64,000 bases of DNA, from the NCBI GenBank assembly GCA_046563655.1, contig CM102285.1:8184001-8248000 (forward strand), given 5' to 3'. A program made the position numbers and the translations under genes. The notes under the pieces are model-generated. The model saw only the letters and a list, made by a program, of their open reading frames with translations, was not told the DNA's origin and did no database searches. The stretch is from Yuukianura sp. NJ FZ-2021. Its lineage: Eukaryota. Of the stretch, positions 1-11,036 are shown piece by piece (position 1 is the stretch's first letter; the number at the start of each line of letters is the position of its first letter).

Positions 1-10
1 GTTAAATTCC

Positions 11-1942
11 ATGACAGCTCCTATCGAATTTTCACTCGTAGGTATTGACACCATTCTAGAGTGGCTACGACCTCGCCATACGTATATGTCCATTTGCGAT
101 GTTTCTAAATCATACTGGTCTATACCAATGAGTGAGGAAAGCAAGCAATACACACAGTTTACTACTTTCCTTGGGAATTTTGAATTCAATTATATGCCGT
201 TTGGCCTGGCTTTTGCCAGTGCTTCCTGGGTTCGCGCCCTTACCATGGTATTAGGCACTCTGCTTTATGTCACGTGCGCCACCTACATCGATGACATCAT
301 CATGGGAGCTGAGACCTGGGACAAACACCTTCAGGACATCCGGCTCACGTTTACTCGCCTTAGGGAGTTTGGAGTCAAACTTAGTATCCACAAATGTAAG
401 TTCGGTTACAAACAACTCCCCATTCTCGGGATGATTATCGATCAGGACGGCATCCGCCCCAGCCCAAAGCGGGTCCAGGCAGTCCTCGACATACCATACC
501 CGACGTCGGTTACTAAACTCCAACAGGCCCTAGGATCTGTCAATTGGCTACGTCGTTCGATTCCCAATCTCTCTATTATCAGTCGCCCTTTGTACGAACT
601 TCTCAGAAAGGATCAACCTTTCCAATTCGAAGCACGGCATAAGGAAGCGTTCGACGCTATCAAGGCAGCCTTAACGCACGAACCAGTACTTCATTGGTTT
701 GTGCAGAGTCGGGAGACAAAGGTATTCACGGATGCTAGCATGACAGGCATCGGATGTTGTCTATTCCAAGTCAATGATCAACAAATCGACGTCCCTTGCG
801 CATACTACTCCGTTACTTTGACTAAATCACAATCTGCTCTGCCGGCATATCTCCGAGAGGTCTTAGCGATTGTCACTGCATGCCGCGTATTCCACATCTA
901 TCTTCATGGCAAGCACTTTACGGTATACACGGATAGTCTTCCAGCTTCATTTCTAAAGACAGCTAATTTGACCAAGAAACTCAATGACAGGTTGACGTTG
1001 TGGTCTCTGAGTCTCCTCGACTATGACTTCGACATTAAATATCGATCGGGCAAGACCCAAGAATTTCCTGACTGGCTGAGTCGCAACAGCCAACCAGAGA
1101 CATTTAACGATTTAACCGGCCTTAAAGATCCATATACCCTAGCTATCAATTACGCTCCCATCCTGATTTCTAAACTCAACGCTAAAACCTTTCAACATAG
1201 CAACGAACTGTATGATTGGAAAGAGCTGCAGCGACATGATGCCTTTTGTAATCACATTCGAGCAAAGCTAGAATTGAACCATCCTCAGATTCGAAAGCGG
1301 TATTTAATCAAGAAGGGCTTGATTTATGATCTTAAACTAGGCTTCAGTAGAATTGTAGTTCCCGACACCGTACGTCGCACTATTCTCTTTGATGCTCATT
1401 CTAGCCCACTCGGAGGCCACGTTGGGTTCTCCAAGACTTACCTCCGGCTGATCCAACGATATACCTGGCCAACTATGAAGTCAGATCTGTATGCTTTCAT
1501 CCTAGCCTGCGACCTTTGTTCTCGAATGAAGCGTCACTATGGGAAGAAGCAAGGCCTCTCGGGCAACCTTCCGGTTCCACAATACCCCCACGAAGTTGTA
1601 TCATCCGACATCATAGGCAAATTAAAAATTCCCAGCGAAGGGTATTCTTACATTCTCAACATTGTCTGCCTCCTCACACACTACACCATTTTAGTACCAC
1701 TGAAGTTCCTCACAGAAGATGAATTAGCGGAAGCCTTCGAACAGGAGTTATTCCTCAGATATGGCGTTCCAAGGGTCATAATCACGGACAACGGCTCTAA
1801 TTACACATCAGCGCTAATGAAACATCATGCGACCCTCTTTAAAACTCGTATCCGTCACCCTCTTTATCAAATGCCCAATTTCGCAGAAACAAATCATGCC
1901 TTTCCGGAACCCGCCACCTCATACCCACGCTTCGCTTGTTAA
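11..1942 (+). CDS. pol: Gypsy pol (RT, RNase H, integrase), partial; integrase C-terminal half appears deleted
   Basis: CDVSKSYW, MPFGL and YIDD RT motifs; TDAS/REVLA/YTDS/DWLSR RNase H; H-x6-H...CxxC zinc finger; SSDIIG and ITDNGSNY integrase aspartates; no ERxNR glutamate motif after ~1850. Confidence 0.93.
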   Translation: MTAPIEFSLVGIDTILEWLRPRHTYMSICDVSKSYWSIPMSEESKQYTQFTTFLGNFEFNYMPFGLAFASASWVRALTMVLGTLLYVTCATYIDDIIMGAETWDKHLQDIRLTFTRLREFGVKLSIHKCKFGYKQLPILGMIIDQDGIRPSPKRVQAVLDIPYPTSVTKLQQALGSVNWLRRSIPNLSIISRPLYELLRKDQPFQFEARHKEAFDAIKAALTHEPVLHWFVQSRETKVFTDASMTGIGCCLFQVNDQQIDVPCAYYSVTLTKSQSALPAYLREVLAIVTACRVFHIYLHGKHFTVYTDSLPASFLKTANLTKKLNDRLTLWSLSLLDYDFDIKYRSGKTQEFPDWLSRNSQPETFNDLTGLKDPYTLAINYAPILISKLNAKTFQHSNELYDWKELQRHDAFCNHIRAKLELNHPQIRKRYLIKKGLIYDLKLGFSRIVVPDTVRRTILFDAHSSPLGGHVGFSKTYLRLIQRYTWPTMKSDLYAFILACDLCSRMKRHYGKKQGLSGNLPVPQYPHEVVSSDIIGKLKIPSEGYSYILNIVCLLTHYTILVPLKFLTEDELAEAFEQELFLRYGVPRVIITDNGSNYTSALMKHHATLFKTRIRHPLYQMPNFAETNHAFPEPATSYPRFAC

Positions 1943-2144
1943 GTTAACCGCGTATCCTACATACCCTCAACCTGTTAAATTAAGCTCTGTCGTCAAAATT
2001 GATACTAATTTTACAAAGCTCTGGCTTAACCTTCAAATACAGCCTTCAACTTATATTCAGGCCATTCACCTCGGTGAATGTAAAACATACAACCCAAGGC
2101 CAACACCGCACGATCCTATATCTTGATATGGTCTTTCAGACACC

Positions 2145-3477
2145 ATGACGTACTATCTCCGCTACCTCTGCATTTTGCTCATCGCTTCTTTCTCCCAAGC
2201 AGCCGTCCGGGAAGTTACCCTGGAATTCGACGAATCGGCACGCCTTGTCAACCATCGTCTCGAACCCGATGCGGAACTCATCTCTCCAACTCTCGCCCCT
2301 ACGCCATCGCCAGCCATTTGGACCATGGGGATGATGTCTATTCGCCCCGAATCCTGTCCTTTTTCGTTAGAAAACTCTCTCCTGATGACGGTTGAGATTT
2401 GGAGCAGCGAACTGCAGACGAAGGAATTCCCAGCCTACCACTGTGTCCACGAAGTCGATACCTACATTCACCGCCCTACATTGAATGAACCGCTTCAGAA
2501 AACCTCCGCTTTTGATGCCTTAGCTATTTCAGCTGAAGATTGCACTAGGATGTATCATAAGAAGATGGACCCTGAAGGATATCCTTTGATTAGTCTTAAC
2601 GGAACCACCTGGGGTACTAACAATTTGCTCGAGACTAACAACACTCAATTACGCTCCTACACCGCCTGGGGAGTCCAGATCGATAACTACTTCATCACCA
2701 AAACTTCCATCACCTACGACCCTTACACTGGATTCGTGCGCAACCGAGAACTGGGGGGACTCCGTGACGACTGCGAATTCGACACAAATTCATGTTATAC
2801 CACACAGGGCATTGTAGTTTGGCGCCTGTTTGGCGAGAATAAGAACAACTGCACCCTAACACGTAGATTAGCTCACAATTGTTACCTCAACCCCCAGCAC
2901 CTTATTTGCCCTTCCCTGTCCATCGGGATCAGCGACTATTATTCGTCTCTGACCTCAACCTGCGGAACCAAACTCGGCGTCGTAAGAGCATTGATTGACT
3001 CCACCTCTGGCATTCAAAACATCGACAAAAAGTACCTTAGACATTACTCGTAAATTTAAAATCGAAATGCGCTTTCAGAAACTCTTTGAAACTATTCAAC
3101 TTGGTAAGGCGAGTTTCCTTAAAGTCCTCCACATTGGCGCGTGCGACTTCAAACAGGTACCGTCCCCCACTCCCGCACCTTTAGCCACGATCCGCACTCA
3201 AAAAATTCTGAACCTTAAACCTCTCTACACCGAACCAGAGTCCCGTTCCAACCATCCACCTTCCCCACGATTTAACACTCAGGACCGCGTTCAACAAGCT
3301 CCACCCTTGTCCCTCGAAACTTATGACCCGGTGGTCGTCAATCTCACCACTCCTTCACCTGGTCCCCCAGCCTCCCCTTCTCCTCGCTCTTTCGACCCGC
3401 TGATCCAGTGGATTACTGCGGCCGACAGAGGTCACAAACAAGCCATGTTCGCGGTGTCACATAATGTTACCAACTAG
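2145..3477 (+). pseudogene. Env-like class III fusion glycoprotein 1 (gB/G-like), frameshifted and probably deleted after ~3050-3160
   Basis: Signal peptide MTYYLRYLCILLIASFSQA; Cys pattern YHC..EDCTRM..DDC..NSC..VVW..NNC..NC..LIC; in the shifted frame MRFQKLFETIQLGKASFLKVLHIGAC resembles the gB central helix; no TM segment remains. Confidence 0.7.
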
Positions 3478-3531
3478 CAATACGACTTACAGTCTCCTGT
3501 ATTAACCATACTGAATTTGCTCTCTTTTAGA

Positions 3532-4560
3532 ATGTCTCCAATCCTGTTCTGCCTCCTTGTCTTCGCCACGGAGACTTCGGCCGCAGTGATCAACACTAGC
3601 GACCAGGAGTTACTCCGTCTTCTTAACCATAACGCCACTATCCCTGATACCCCGTCTCCCAAAACCCACGAGAGCCTGGAGATCGGCAAATATCCTCTCA
3701 CCGACCCGAACCAGAAAAGTTATTGGACCTTAGGACTTATGTATCTGAAAACCAACAACCAAGGCTTTTGCGGGACGACCACCGCCTCTGGAGCTGTTGT
3801 CATGACCGACTTTGTGGTCAGCCACCCGCTCACTCGCGAATACGTTGGTTTCGAATGCATCAAAACTCGGACCAACGAATACAAGACATATTACTTCTTC
3901 GGTGCAGGGGAACACTCCCTCAAACATACTAACGAACTCCTCAGCGTCCAGGACTGTCAACGCCTCGTTCTGACCCGTAAGGCCCCGAATGGACAACTTA
4001 TGCTACCCCTTAATTTGGAACACACCTATTTCGGCACGTCCCTCAAAACTTACACATACTACAGCTGGCCCGGTACCATTTATTCTTCCGTTGACAACTA
4101 TTACATCCAAATCCACAACATCTCCGTCAATTCCCAAGGGCTTATTTCTGTGGCTGACCGCGCTACCTTTATTCCTTGCCCCATCGAGTCCGGAAACTGT
4201 ATCTTCATGGACTCCGTCATGCTGTGGGGCGACCAATACAAGGTGTACCGCCCCGACCCTCCATGTCTGCGACATACTTACCACAACCAATCCTGTATCC
4301 TGGGGACAGATTCCATCGAATGTCCCAACCTTGGCATCGTTGTTAACGCTCTCTCTACACCGTTTAAATGTGGTCCTAAGGTGGCCTACATCCGCCTGGT
4401 CATGTCCACAAACCGCACCAGCCACGACTTACTGTCACAGTTAGATTACGTCACCCTCAATAACGAGTTTAACCAGCTCGTCGAGACCCCGCAACCTGCC
4501 TCTCCGGAAACCCTAACCATGCTCGCGGTGCAAGTCGGGATGTGCAACCCGAACGCATAA
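3532..4560 (+). CDS. Env-like glycoprotein 2, intact ORF (343 aa from ATG 3532), secreted, no TM anchor
   Basis: Signal peptide MSPILFCLLVFATETSA; GFECIK...YYFFG and YSWPG putative bipartite fusion loops; Cys spacing shared with env 1; N-glycosylation sequons NAT, NIS, NQS, NRT; ends VGMCNPNA*. Confidence 0.75.
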   Translation: MSPILFCLLVFATETSAAVINTSDQELLRLLNHNATIPDTPSPKTHESLEIGKYPLTDPNQKSYWTLGLMYLKTNNQGFCGTTTASGAVVMTDFVVSHPLTREYVGFECIKTRTNEYKTYYFFGAGEHSLKHTNELLSVQDCQRLVLTRKAPNGQLMLPLNLEHTYFGTSLKTYTYYSWPGTIYSSVDNYYIQIHNISVNSQGLISVADRATFIPCPIESGNCIFMDSVMLWGDQYKVYRPDPPCLRHTYHNQSCILGTDSIECPNLGIVVNALSTPFKCGPKVAYIRLVMSTNRTSHDLLSQLDYVTLNNEFNQLVETPQPASPETLTMLAVQVGMCNPNA

Positions 4561-5027
4561 ACCCCCTCTTCTATCTACTCGTGTTCTTTCTTTCTCTTTC
4601 GTTCTACAACACTCTCTCGTGGTGTTTTTCCTATCTCTTTCTCTTTTTCCCTTTCTTCTCCTTTCTTTAGCATATTAGAATCTAGATGTAAGTAACGACT
4701 CAGCATTTCTCGAGAAAATACCAAAAAAAGAGTGTAAACTTCGGAGTGTGTTTTACTTAGTTATAAGACAACCAACATTGATGTTCACTAACCCTTTATC
4801 ACCTTTAAGGTACAAGTTATCGTCCGTTACCATTTCAATGTTAACATAGATTACTCCCACTCTTAGGCAAAGACTCATAACAAATATGTTAGATTTACAA
4901 CTAGTGTCAGATATACTTATCATACCATCTACCACCCATTGCCTATATACCCCTCTACTACTTAAGGTGTGTTATTCTAATGTACAAACCAAAAAGGAGC
5001 CTCCGTTTCCAACCGGAGGGGAGATTA

Positions 5028-5714
5028 TGTCAGCTCCTAAACCGGGCCAGAACGGCGGATTCAGGAGTGACATGATTTCCGCCTAACTTGGAAGAACCTC
5101 CAAGGTCGCTTCCAAGTTCGGCGGGATTCGGTTTCACGAGTTGCCCGGAAATCCTAGCAGAGTCATCTCCTGATTAGGAGATGACCCAGTTTCCTCTAAA
5201 AATAGAGACTCAGATTTGCAAATCCTGATTTGCAAATCTGAATCTCGAGAGAGTGAGAAGACGAGAGAGGAAGGAAGCAGATCGGCTAAGGGAAAGCGGA
5301 GTGATCTCGGCCTCAGGGAGAGTTCCCTTAGCCGAGATCACCCGCCTAACCCAACTTAACCCGGACTTGACCTCTCACCCCCTGGAGGTTGCGGAGACCC
5401 TCCGACGTGTTCTCGTGAGTGTGGAAATAAAAAGTGTGCAACAAAACTTTCTCCAGAGCTCTTCCGGAGTCTTCTTTAGTTGGTTAGAAGCGATGTGGTT
5501 AGAGGAGCTTTCTGTTCTGGTCTCCGCTTTCTCCAGATTGACCTCGCAACTCACACGAGCCCTGATCCAGTCACCGTCCGAGATCCAGTCCGATACCTCT
5601 CGGGCCACAGTTATCATGGTGAGGTCTAACATACATTCTCTCATTTCCTCCCGGGAGCCTCGGGGTTACCCCCTCGGTATCCGCGGGGTTCACAGAAGAG
5701 GTGGGAGCTTGACA
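5028..5714 (+). repeat. 3' LTR of the gypsy element (~687 bp)
   Basis: TGTCAGCTC...GAGCTTGACA terminal inverted repeat, preceded by PPT, AATAAA at ~5426, abrupt switch to copia coding sequence after 5714. Confidence 0.8.
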
Positions 5715-6800
5715 GTCAGCCCAAGGAACAGGCCTGTCAAGTGCTCACACCTTGGACTAGAAAAAATGAAAGATGAGGATTACACTTGTAATTCCTGTGT
5801 CCTCGGAAAATCAAAACGGCAAGGTTATAAAACCAGTTCAAGTGAAAGTAATTTTAAAGTTGGCGAATGTTTGCATTTAGACTTGGGCTATGCAAACACA
5901 CTTTCCAAAAAGGGAAATAAATACTTTCTTGTGATCAAGGATCAAGAAAGTAATCCTGACCAAAACAAAATTGTCCTAAGAAGGGACTCAAGTGGAGAAT
6001 ATAAAATTGTTTCTCCACAAAAAGAAAGTTCCATTGAACCGGATTATGTAAATCTAGAAAATGTGACGATCAAATCCGATTCTGACTCAACTCTGGAGAA
6101 TACTTCCAACGACTCAACTATGACGAATAACAGTACATTACGTAGATCAGCTCGTTTACAAGCTAAAAATTCAAAATTTCAAATGTTCGTACAAAAAACT
6201 GTTCCTTCCTCGTATAAGGAAGCAGTTCAATCAACTGAGGTTGACGAATGGAAAGAGGCAATGGAAGACGAATTCAGGAGCCAAATACAAAACAAAACAT
6301 GGATTCTGGTTTCCAGACCACTGAACAGAAAAATACTTAAAAATCGCTGGGTTTTTCGTATAAAAACTAATCCGGATGGGACAATCGACAAATATAAAGC
6401 CAGATTAGTTGTCAAAGGGTTCAATCAGGTTGAACGAGTTGACTACGAAGAAACTTTCGCACCTGTCTGTCGTTATGACACGATTAAGATTATGTTAGCA
6501 TTAGCAGCCCAAGTAGCGTGGGACATGATACAATTTCACATTGCCGCCGCGTTTTTAAATAACACTCTGGACGAAGAAATCTTTATGGAACAACCAGAAG
6601 GGTTTGAAGTTCACGGTACTAGTGCGCATGGCGACAATTTAGTCTGCCTACTGAAAAAGGGACTTTATGGACTAACAAAAATAGCATTTTCATTCATCAA
6701 CGCAGTTACATTGAAACTTTGTTAGACAGATGTAATATGTCCAGTTGCAAACCATCGACTCTACCCATCAGTCCTGGACTGCAACTTAAAACCGCCATTG
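5715..6800 (+). pseudogene. Ty1/copia pol remnant (integrase N-part, RT) with internal deletions; target of the gypsy insertion
   Basis: CNSCVLGK..CLHLDLG; PSSYKEA..WKEAM..E; KYKARLVVKGFNQ..DYEETFAPV; LKKGLYGL; then (other frame) HQRSYIETLLDRCNMSSCKP; YVDD region missing. Confidence 0.88.
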
Positions 6801-6889
6801 ACAAAGGAAGTTCGGATTAAAAGCTGTCATTGTAACAGCGTTTAAACTTGAATTACAACAGCTGTTGACTTTTTTATTTGTAAGAAAAG

Positions 6890-9800
6890 GTACAAGTGTA
6901 TGTGAAAAGTGTTTAGTAGTGTCTTGACCTTTGAGTGCATAAGTGAAGTGGTAGGTGAAGGTGAAGTGAAAGTTCAAGAGTCAAGTGACTTGTTGCAAGT
7001 GAGTGAAAAGCTTAGTAATACTGTGTCATACCAATATGGCGTCGTTTCCAATTATGAGACTGAGGAAGTCAAATGGCATGAAAAACAAAACACCTGCGCT
7101 ATCAAAGGTTCGTATTTTAAGCTTAGAGTCAGTAGTAGCAGTAGCAGATTTTAAAAATTACTTTGTAGTTTTCATGTGGATTTCAAAATTCCAGAGGTTC
7201 GTGCAAGTTTACATGTAAAAATTATCAAACTTTGGATGAACACACGGAAAGCCATCACGAGTGCTTTCACTGTGGGAAAAGTTTTATGAACAAAGGCAAT
7301 GATCACAAGTGTAACCAAGTCGGCCGTGGCTCAAACAGATTTCTTGGACCCAAGCCTCAAGAAATTGACCCTTCCGTTTTTCAGGAATCAACATTTTCCT
7401 GTCGCGGGTCTGTCCTTATTTATGTTCATCAGGTTCCAGACAGTGACCCACCAGTCACAATGGTGTCGCTATTGATGCAACAGCTCTATACACCATTTGT
7501 AAAACTTTTGACTCAGCTGCTGGAGCATTACAAGGGAATTCGAATTTCTCTTAAGCTAATTGTGAACATGGTGGAGCTCAAGTACAACTTTAGATTCCCG
7601 AATGCTGCAATTTCGAGTCCATTTACCATTCTCACTCATGCAAATTACATTCCACGAGTGTTTCTGCAAACTACATCCTTTGTCATTGAATCGTTGAACC
7701 TATTTTTGCAAAGAGGAAGTGACTGGACAGTGGAACGTATAAAGCGTGTTGAAGTTCACTGCGGCATGTACAAACCATTGCCAGGGCGTGGGTACATTCC
7801 ACTTCCAAAAGAATTAAAGGGACGTCAAGGGCTAGTCAACATAAAAACGTCCAATTGCTTTGAGCTGTCAATTTACTGCAGCATTTTTGGAGACAGTATT
7901 GTGAAAGAAAAGCTGCTCGAAAGAAGATTGATTGGAGCAAAACTTCCAACAAATATTCCAAAATTTAGAAACAGGATACTTTCCAAACCAGCTTCATATG
8001 ATACACTGGTTAAACTGGATCTCTTGAAGCTCACGCCCCAGTTGAGGAGAGATGGCGTAACGATGCTTGACTTTGATGTGGTGGAAGAAATGAACAAGGA
8101 ATTGTCTTTGAACTTGTATCGTTTAGACCACGGTCAGATTGAAATTTCTCGAATTGCCCCGACGGTCAAGAAATACCACGTTAATCTTCTTCAAATTGAA
8201 AATGGGACGGCGGCTCACTTCGTCGCCATTACCGACTTTGGCAAACTTAATGCCACATTTCAAAGAAAAAAAAAGTACGACTATTGTCCAAGGTGTCACA
8301 AAAAGTTTCTTGCCAAACGCAAAAGTATTAATTCACACTTGTGCGGCACACAAGTAGTGACTACAATTTCGAAAAAAAAGTACTTTGAATTTGAAAAGTG
8401 GGATCAAATGCTTCAGTCCCCATTCCTAATGTACCACAAATTTCATTACGTGAATGATGAAACTACAGACTCCAGTGACGCCCGAGTCCACTCGGAAAAG
8501 ATTCCAGTTGGATTTTCGTATTTTTTAATGGAACAAGGAAAGGTTGTCGTTTCTGGTACTTATATTGGGCTGGACGCCATGCAAGCATTTTTAAACATTG
8601 CTCTGGGATGCGCAGATGAAGTTATTCACAACATTAAGACAGTCAACTACCCAATACACTGGACTGCAGAGCAACAACAGCGACACCAAGAAGCGTTGGA
8701 ATGCGAAATTTGTCTAGGTATGTTGGCAATGTAAAAGTAAGATAAGCACAAATTTAAGTTAGTTAATGTTACATTGAGCTTTTGATGATGGTCAACTGTG
8801 CTCTGACGGCAGAAGTTTTTGAAAAGCAACGAAGCGTCAATTGGACAGAATTTGGTCTTGAACTGGCCGCTAGCTGGACAGTCAATGGCTATTCTTTCAA
8901 CGCAGCTGCATTAGTCGGCAAAGTTAAAATTGAATACTTGGCCGATGAAGAGTTTATCGCAGACGTTGAGAACGGGCTGATGGCTGGAATTCAAGTGGTC
9001 AACAAGCGCAAGGTCATTTGTAACACGGATCGTTTTGGACCCGAATACTTGGACCCAACCAAGGAAAGGATTGAATGCCTAAGCTGTGACGTCACTGGCA
9101 GCTATCCTTCCGTGTGTCTCGGACTGCTTCCGATTGGAGATTATAGACGCATGTCACAAGAAGAAATTGATGCTTTTGACTTTGTGAACCCGCCTTGGAA
9201 CGAGTCAAGGGTTTATGTTTTTGTCTGTGACCTCCACTACCCAAACGATGTCCACGATAGACTATCTGCATTTGTGTGTCCGCCAGAGAAACGACGGATA
9301 GATTTGGAAACGCTCTCTCCGCTCCAGCAAGAATTTGTCACGTCAACAAACAAAATTTTGACACCAGAATACTTGTTACTAACTCTATGGGACAAGAACG
9401 GTATAGTTTTGCACCACCAACTTTTGGCAATGTCGCTCCGTTTGGGCGCGGTTCTCAAGAAAGTTCTTAGAGGGTACAGTTTTGCTCAAGCGCCAATTTA
9501 CGCTGGATATGTGAGACACAACTTGCAAAAACGACTAGAAGCCAAGACAAAAACTGAAAAGGAACTTGCAAAACTAGCCAACGTATCTCTAAGTGGCAAA
9601 TTTCTTAGTGACACTGGAGCATACAGCAGGTCACAGCTCTGTAAAACTGCAAGTGGCGCCAAAAGGCTGTTGGCATCTGACGTTTTTGAAAATTTTGAAA
9701 TTATAAACCAAGATGTCACGCTATTTCAATTGAAAAAAAAAAGCAGTCAAGGGGAAAAATTTAAAACTAATTGGACTATGCATCTAGAACATTTCCAAGG

Positions 9801-10381
9801 CAGTGTTGTATTCTTATGTTTACGATCACATTTACCCAGCATTCAACTACAAAATGGAAATGATAATGTGCAATACGGATTCATTTTTTGGCGAATATCA
9901 AAATGACCATGGCACATTTTTGAAAAAGTTGAAATCCTTGGCGCCAATTTTTGACTTTTCGGACCAAGAAGGGGAACTTTTTGACGACAGGAACAAAGGA
10001 AGGCCCGGTGTTTTCAAAATATGCAACTTGAACGTTCAAGAGGCGTATTTCATTTCTCCAACACAATACAGCCTTCAACTTTTTCCAAAAAGAGATGGAT
10101 TTAATTGGACTGAAAAGCTCAAAGTAGGGGGGTTGGAACGACAATTTGCAGCTACTAACCTAAGGCACCAACAATTCAGGGATCATGTGGAGAGGGAGGA
10201 GTTGGAGCAAGACATTGTTTCTGTCGAAAGCCTACGGTTCACCGGAGAGACAATTAACAATATAAAAATTAATCGAAAATCCATCGGAGCATGGGACTTG
10301 AAGAGGTTCTTTGTTTCTAATCGAGAATCCTATGCTTTTGGACATTTTCGACAAATCAACAACAATGCACACCCCAATTAA
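6890..10381 (+). pseudogene. Polinton-type protein-primed PolB paralog with N-terminal C2H2 fingers; catalytic motifs largely substituted; internal deletion ~8720-8770; frameshift near A-run ~9733-9742
   Basis: RGSDW..YKPLPGRGYIPLP..LVNIK..NCF (pPolB N-terminal signature); CEIC (start of HNH insert); motif A CDVTGSYP; motif B KLANVSLSGKF; motif C CNTDS; C-terminal DLKRF..ESYAFGHF. Confidence 0.85.
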
Positions 10382-10514
10382 CAGAAACTCCAGGACACCT
10401 GGCAGCGTCCTGGAATTAACAAACCAACCGAGACTGACGCCAAGGTCTTATTTGCATTCTAGTCAAGTCCAGGCAAAGTTCAACGTCAAACACCCAACCA
10501 AGTCAATACTTGCA

Positions 10515-11036
10515 ATGGAGGTCATTTTGTGCAAAGTAAAGGAAGATTTTGAGAGCGGCCATGTTAAAGAAATCATGGCGGCTAGCATGGTGGAGAAGAG
10601 AGCCAGGATAACCACAAAACATGAAGAACACACCGAAGCCTATTCCATTTCGGAATGCTTTCTAAAGCTTCTCGAAGAAAATGGACAAAAGGGATTGGAA
10701 AATCAAATTCTAGGAGCCAAAGTTATTTTGTGTGTTGACGCACAAACAAAGTCCATTTTGAAATTAGCAAAATTTGAAAAAGAAAAGAAGCTTCAACTTT
10801 TGCGAACTTTGATGGTGACCCCGAGCGCCTGCGTTGACCAAAACTTGAACCGATATCAGTTTGGATTAATACTAAAAGAGGCAAGAAACTCGATTTGGAA
10901 AAACCAAGTGTGGACACGGCTTCTCGGCAAACGAATTAAAGGTAATTTATTTCCATTTAAAACTAGTGTCATCACAATATGGTACGCTACAATGCTCTTG
11001 ACTATTTCCATTACAAAATATTTTTGTAGAATCTAA
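10515..11036 (+). CDS. Small hypothetical protein, possibly Polinton accessory family
   Basis: ATG 10515 open to 11036 immediately after pPolB; no firm motif. Confidence 0.4.
   Translation: MEVILCKVKEDFESGHVKEIMAASMVEKRARITTKHEEHTEAYSISECFLKLLEENGQKGLENQILGAKVILCVDAQTKSILKLAKFEKEKKLQLLRTLMVTPSACVDQNLNRYQFGLILKEARNSIWKNQVWTRLLGKRIKGNLFPFKTSVITIWYATMLLTISITKYFCRI

Larger units (their letters stand above)
1..5714 (+). mobile_element. Ty3/gypsy LTR retrotransposon, 3' portion (pol, env-like 1, env-like 2, PPT, 3' LTR); 5' part lies outside the window
   Basis: RT-RNaseH-IN order in ORF 11..1942; two signal-peptide ORFs downstream; purine tract GGAGGGGAGA (~5015-5024) just before an LTR starting TGTCAGCTC. 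Confidence 0.9.

Noticed and set aside
5253..6725. 490-aa ORF as a novel fusion protein
   Set aside because: First ~154 codons are gypsy LTR sequence reading by chance into deleted copia pol
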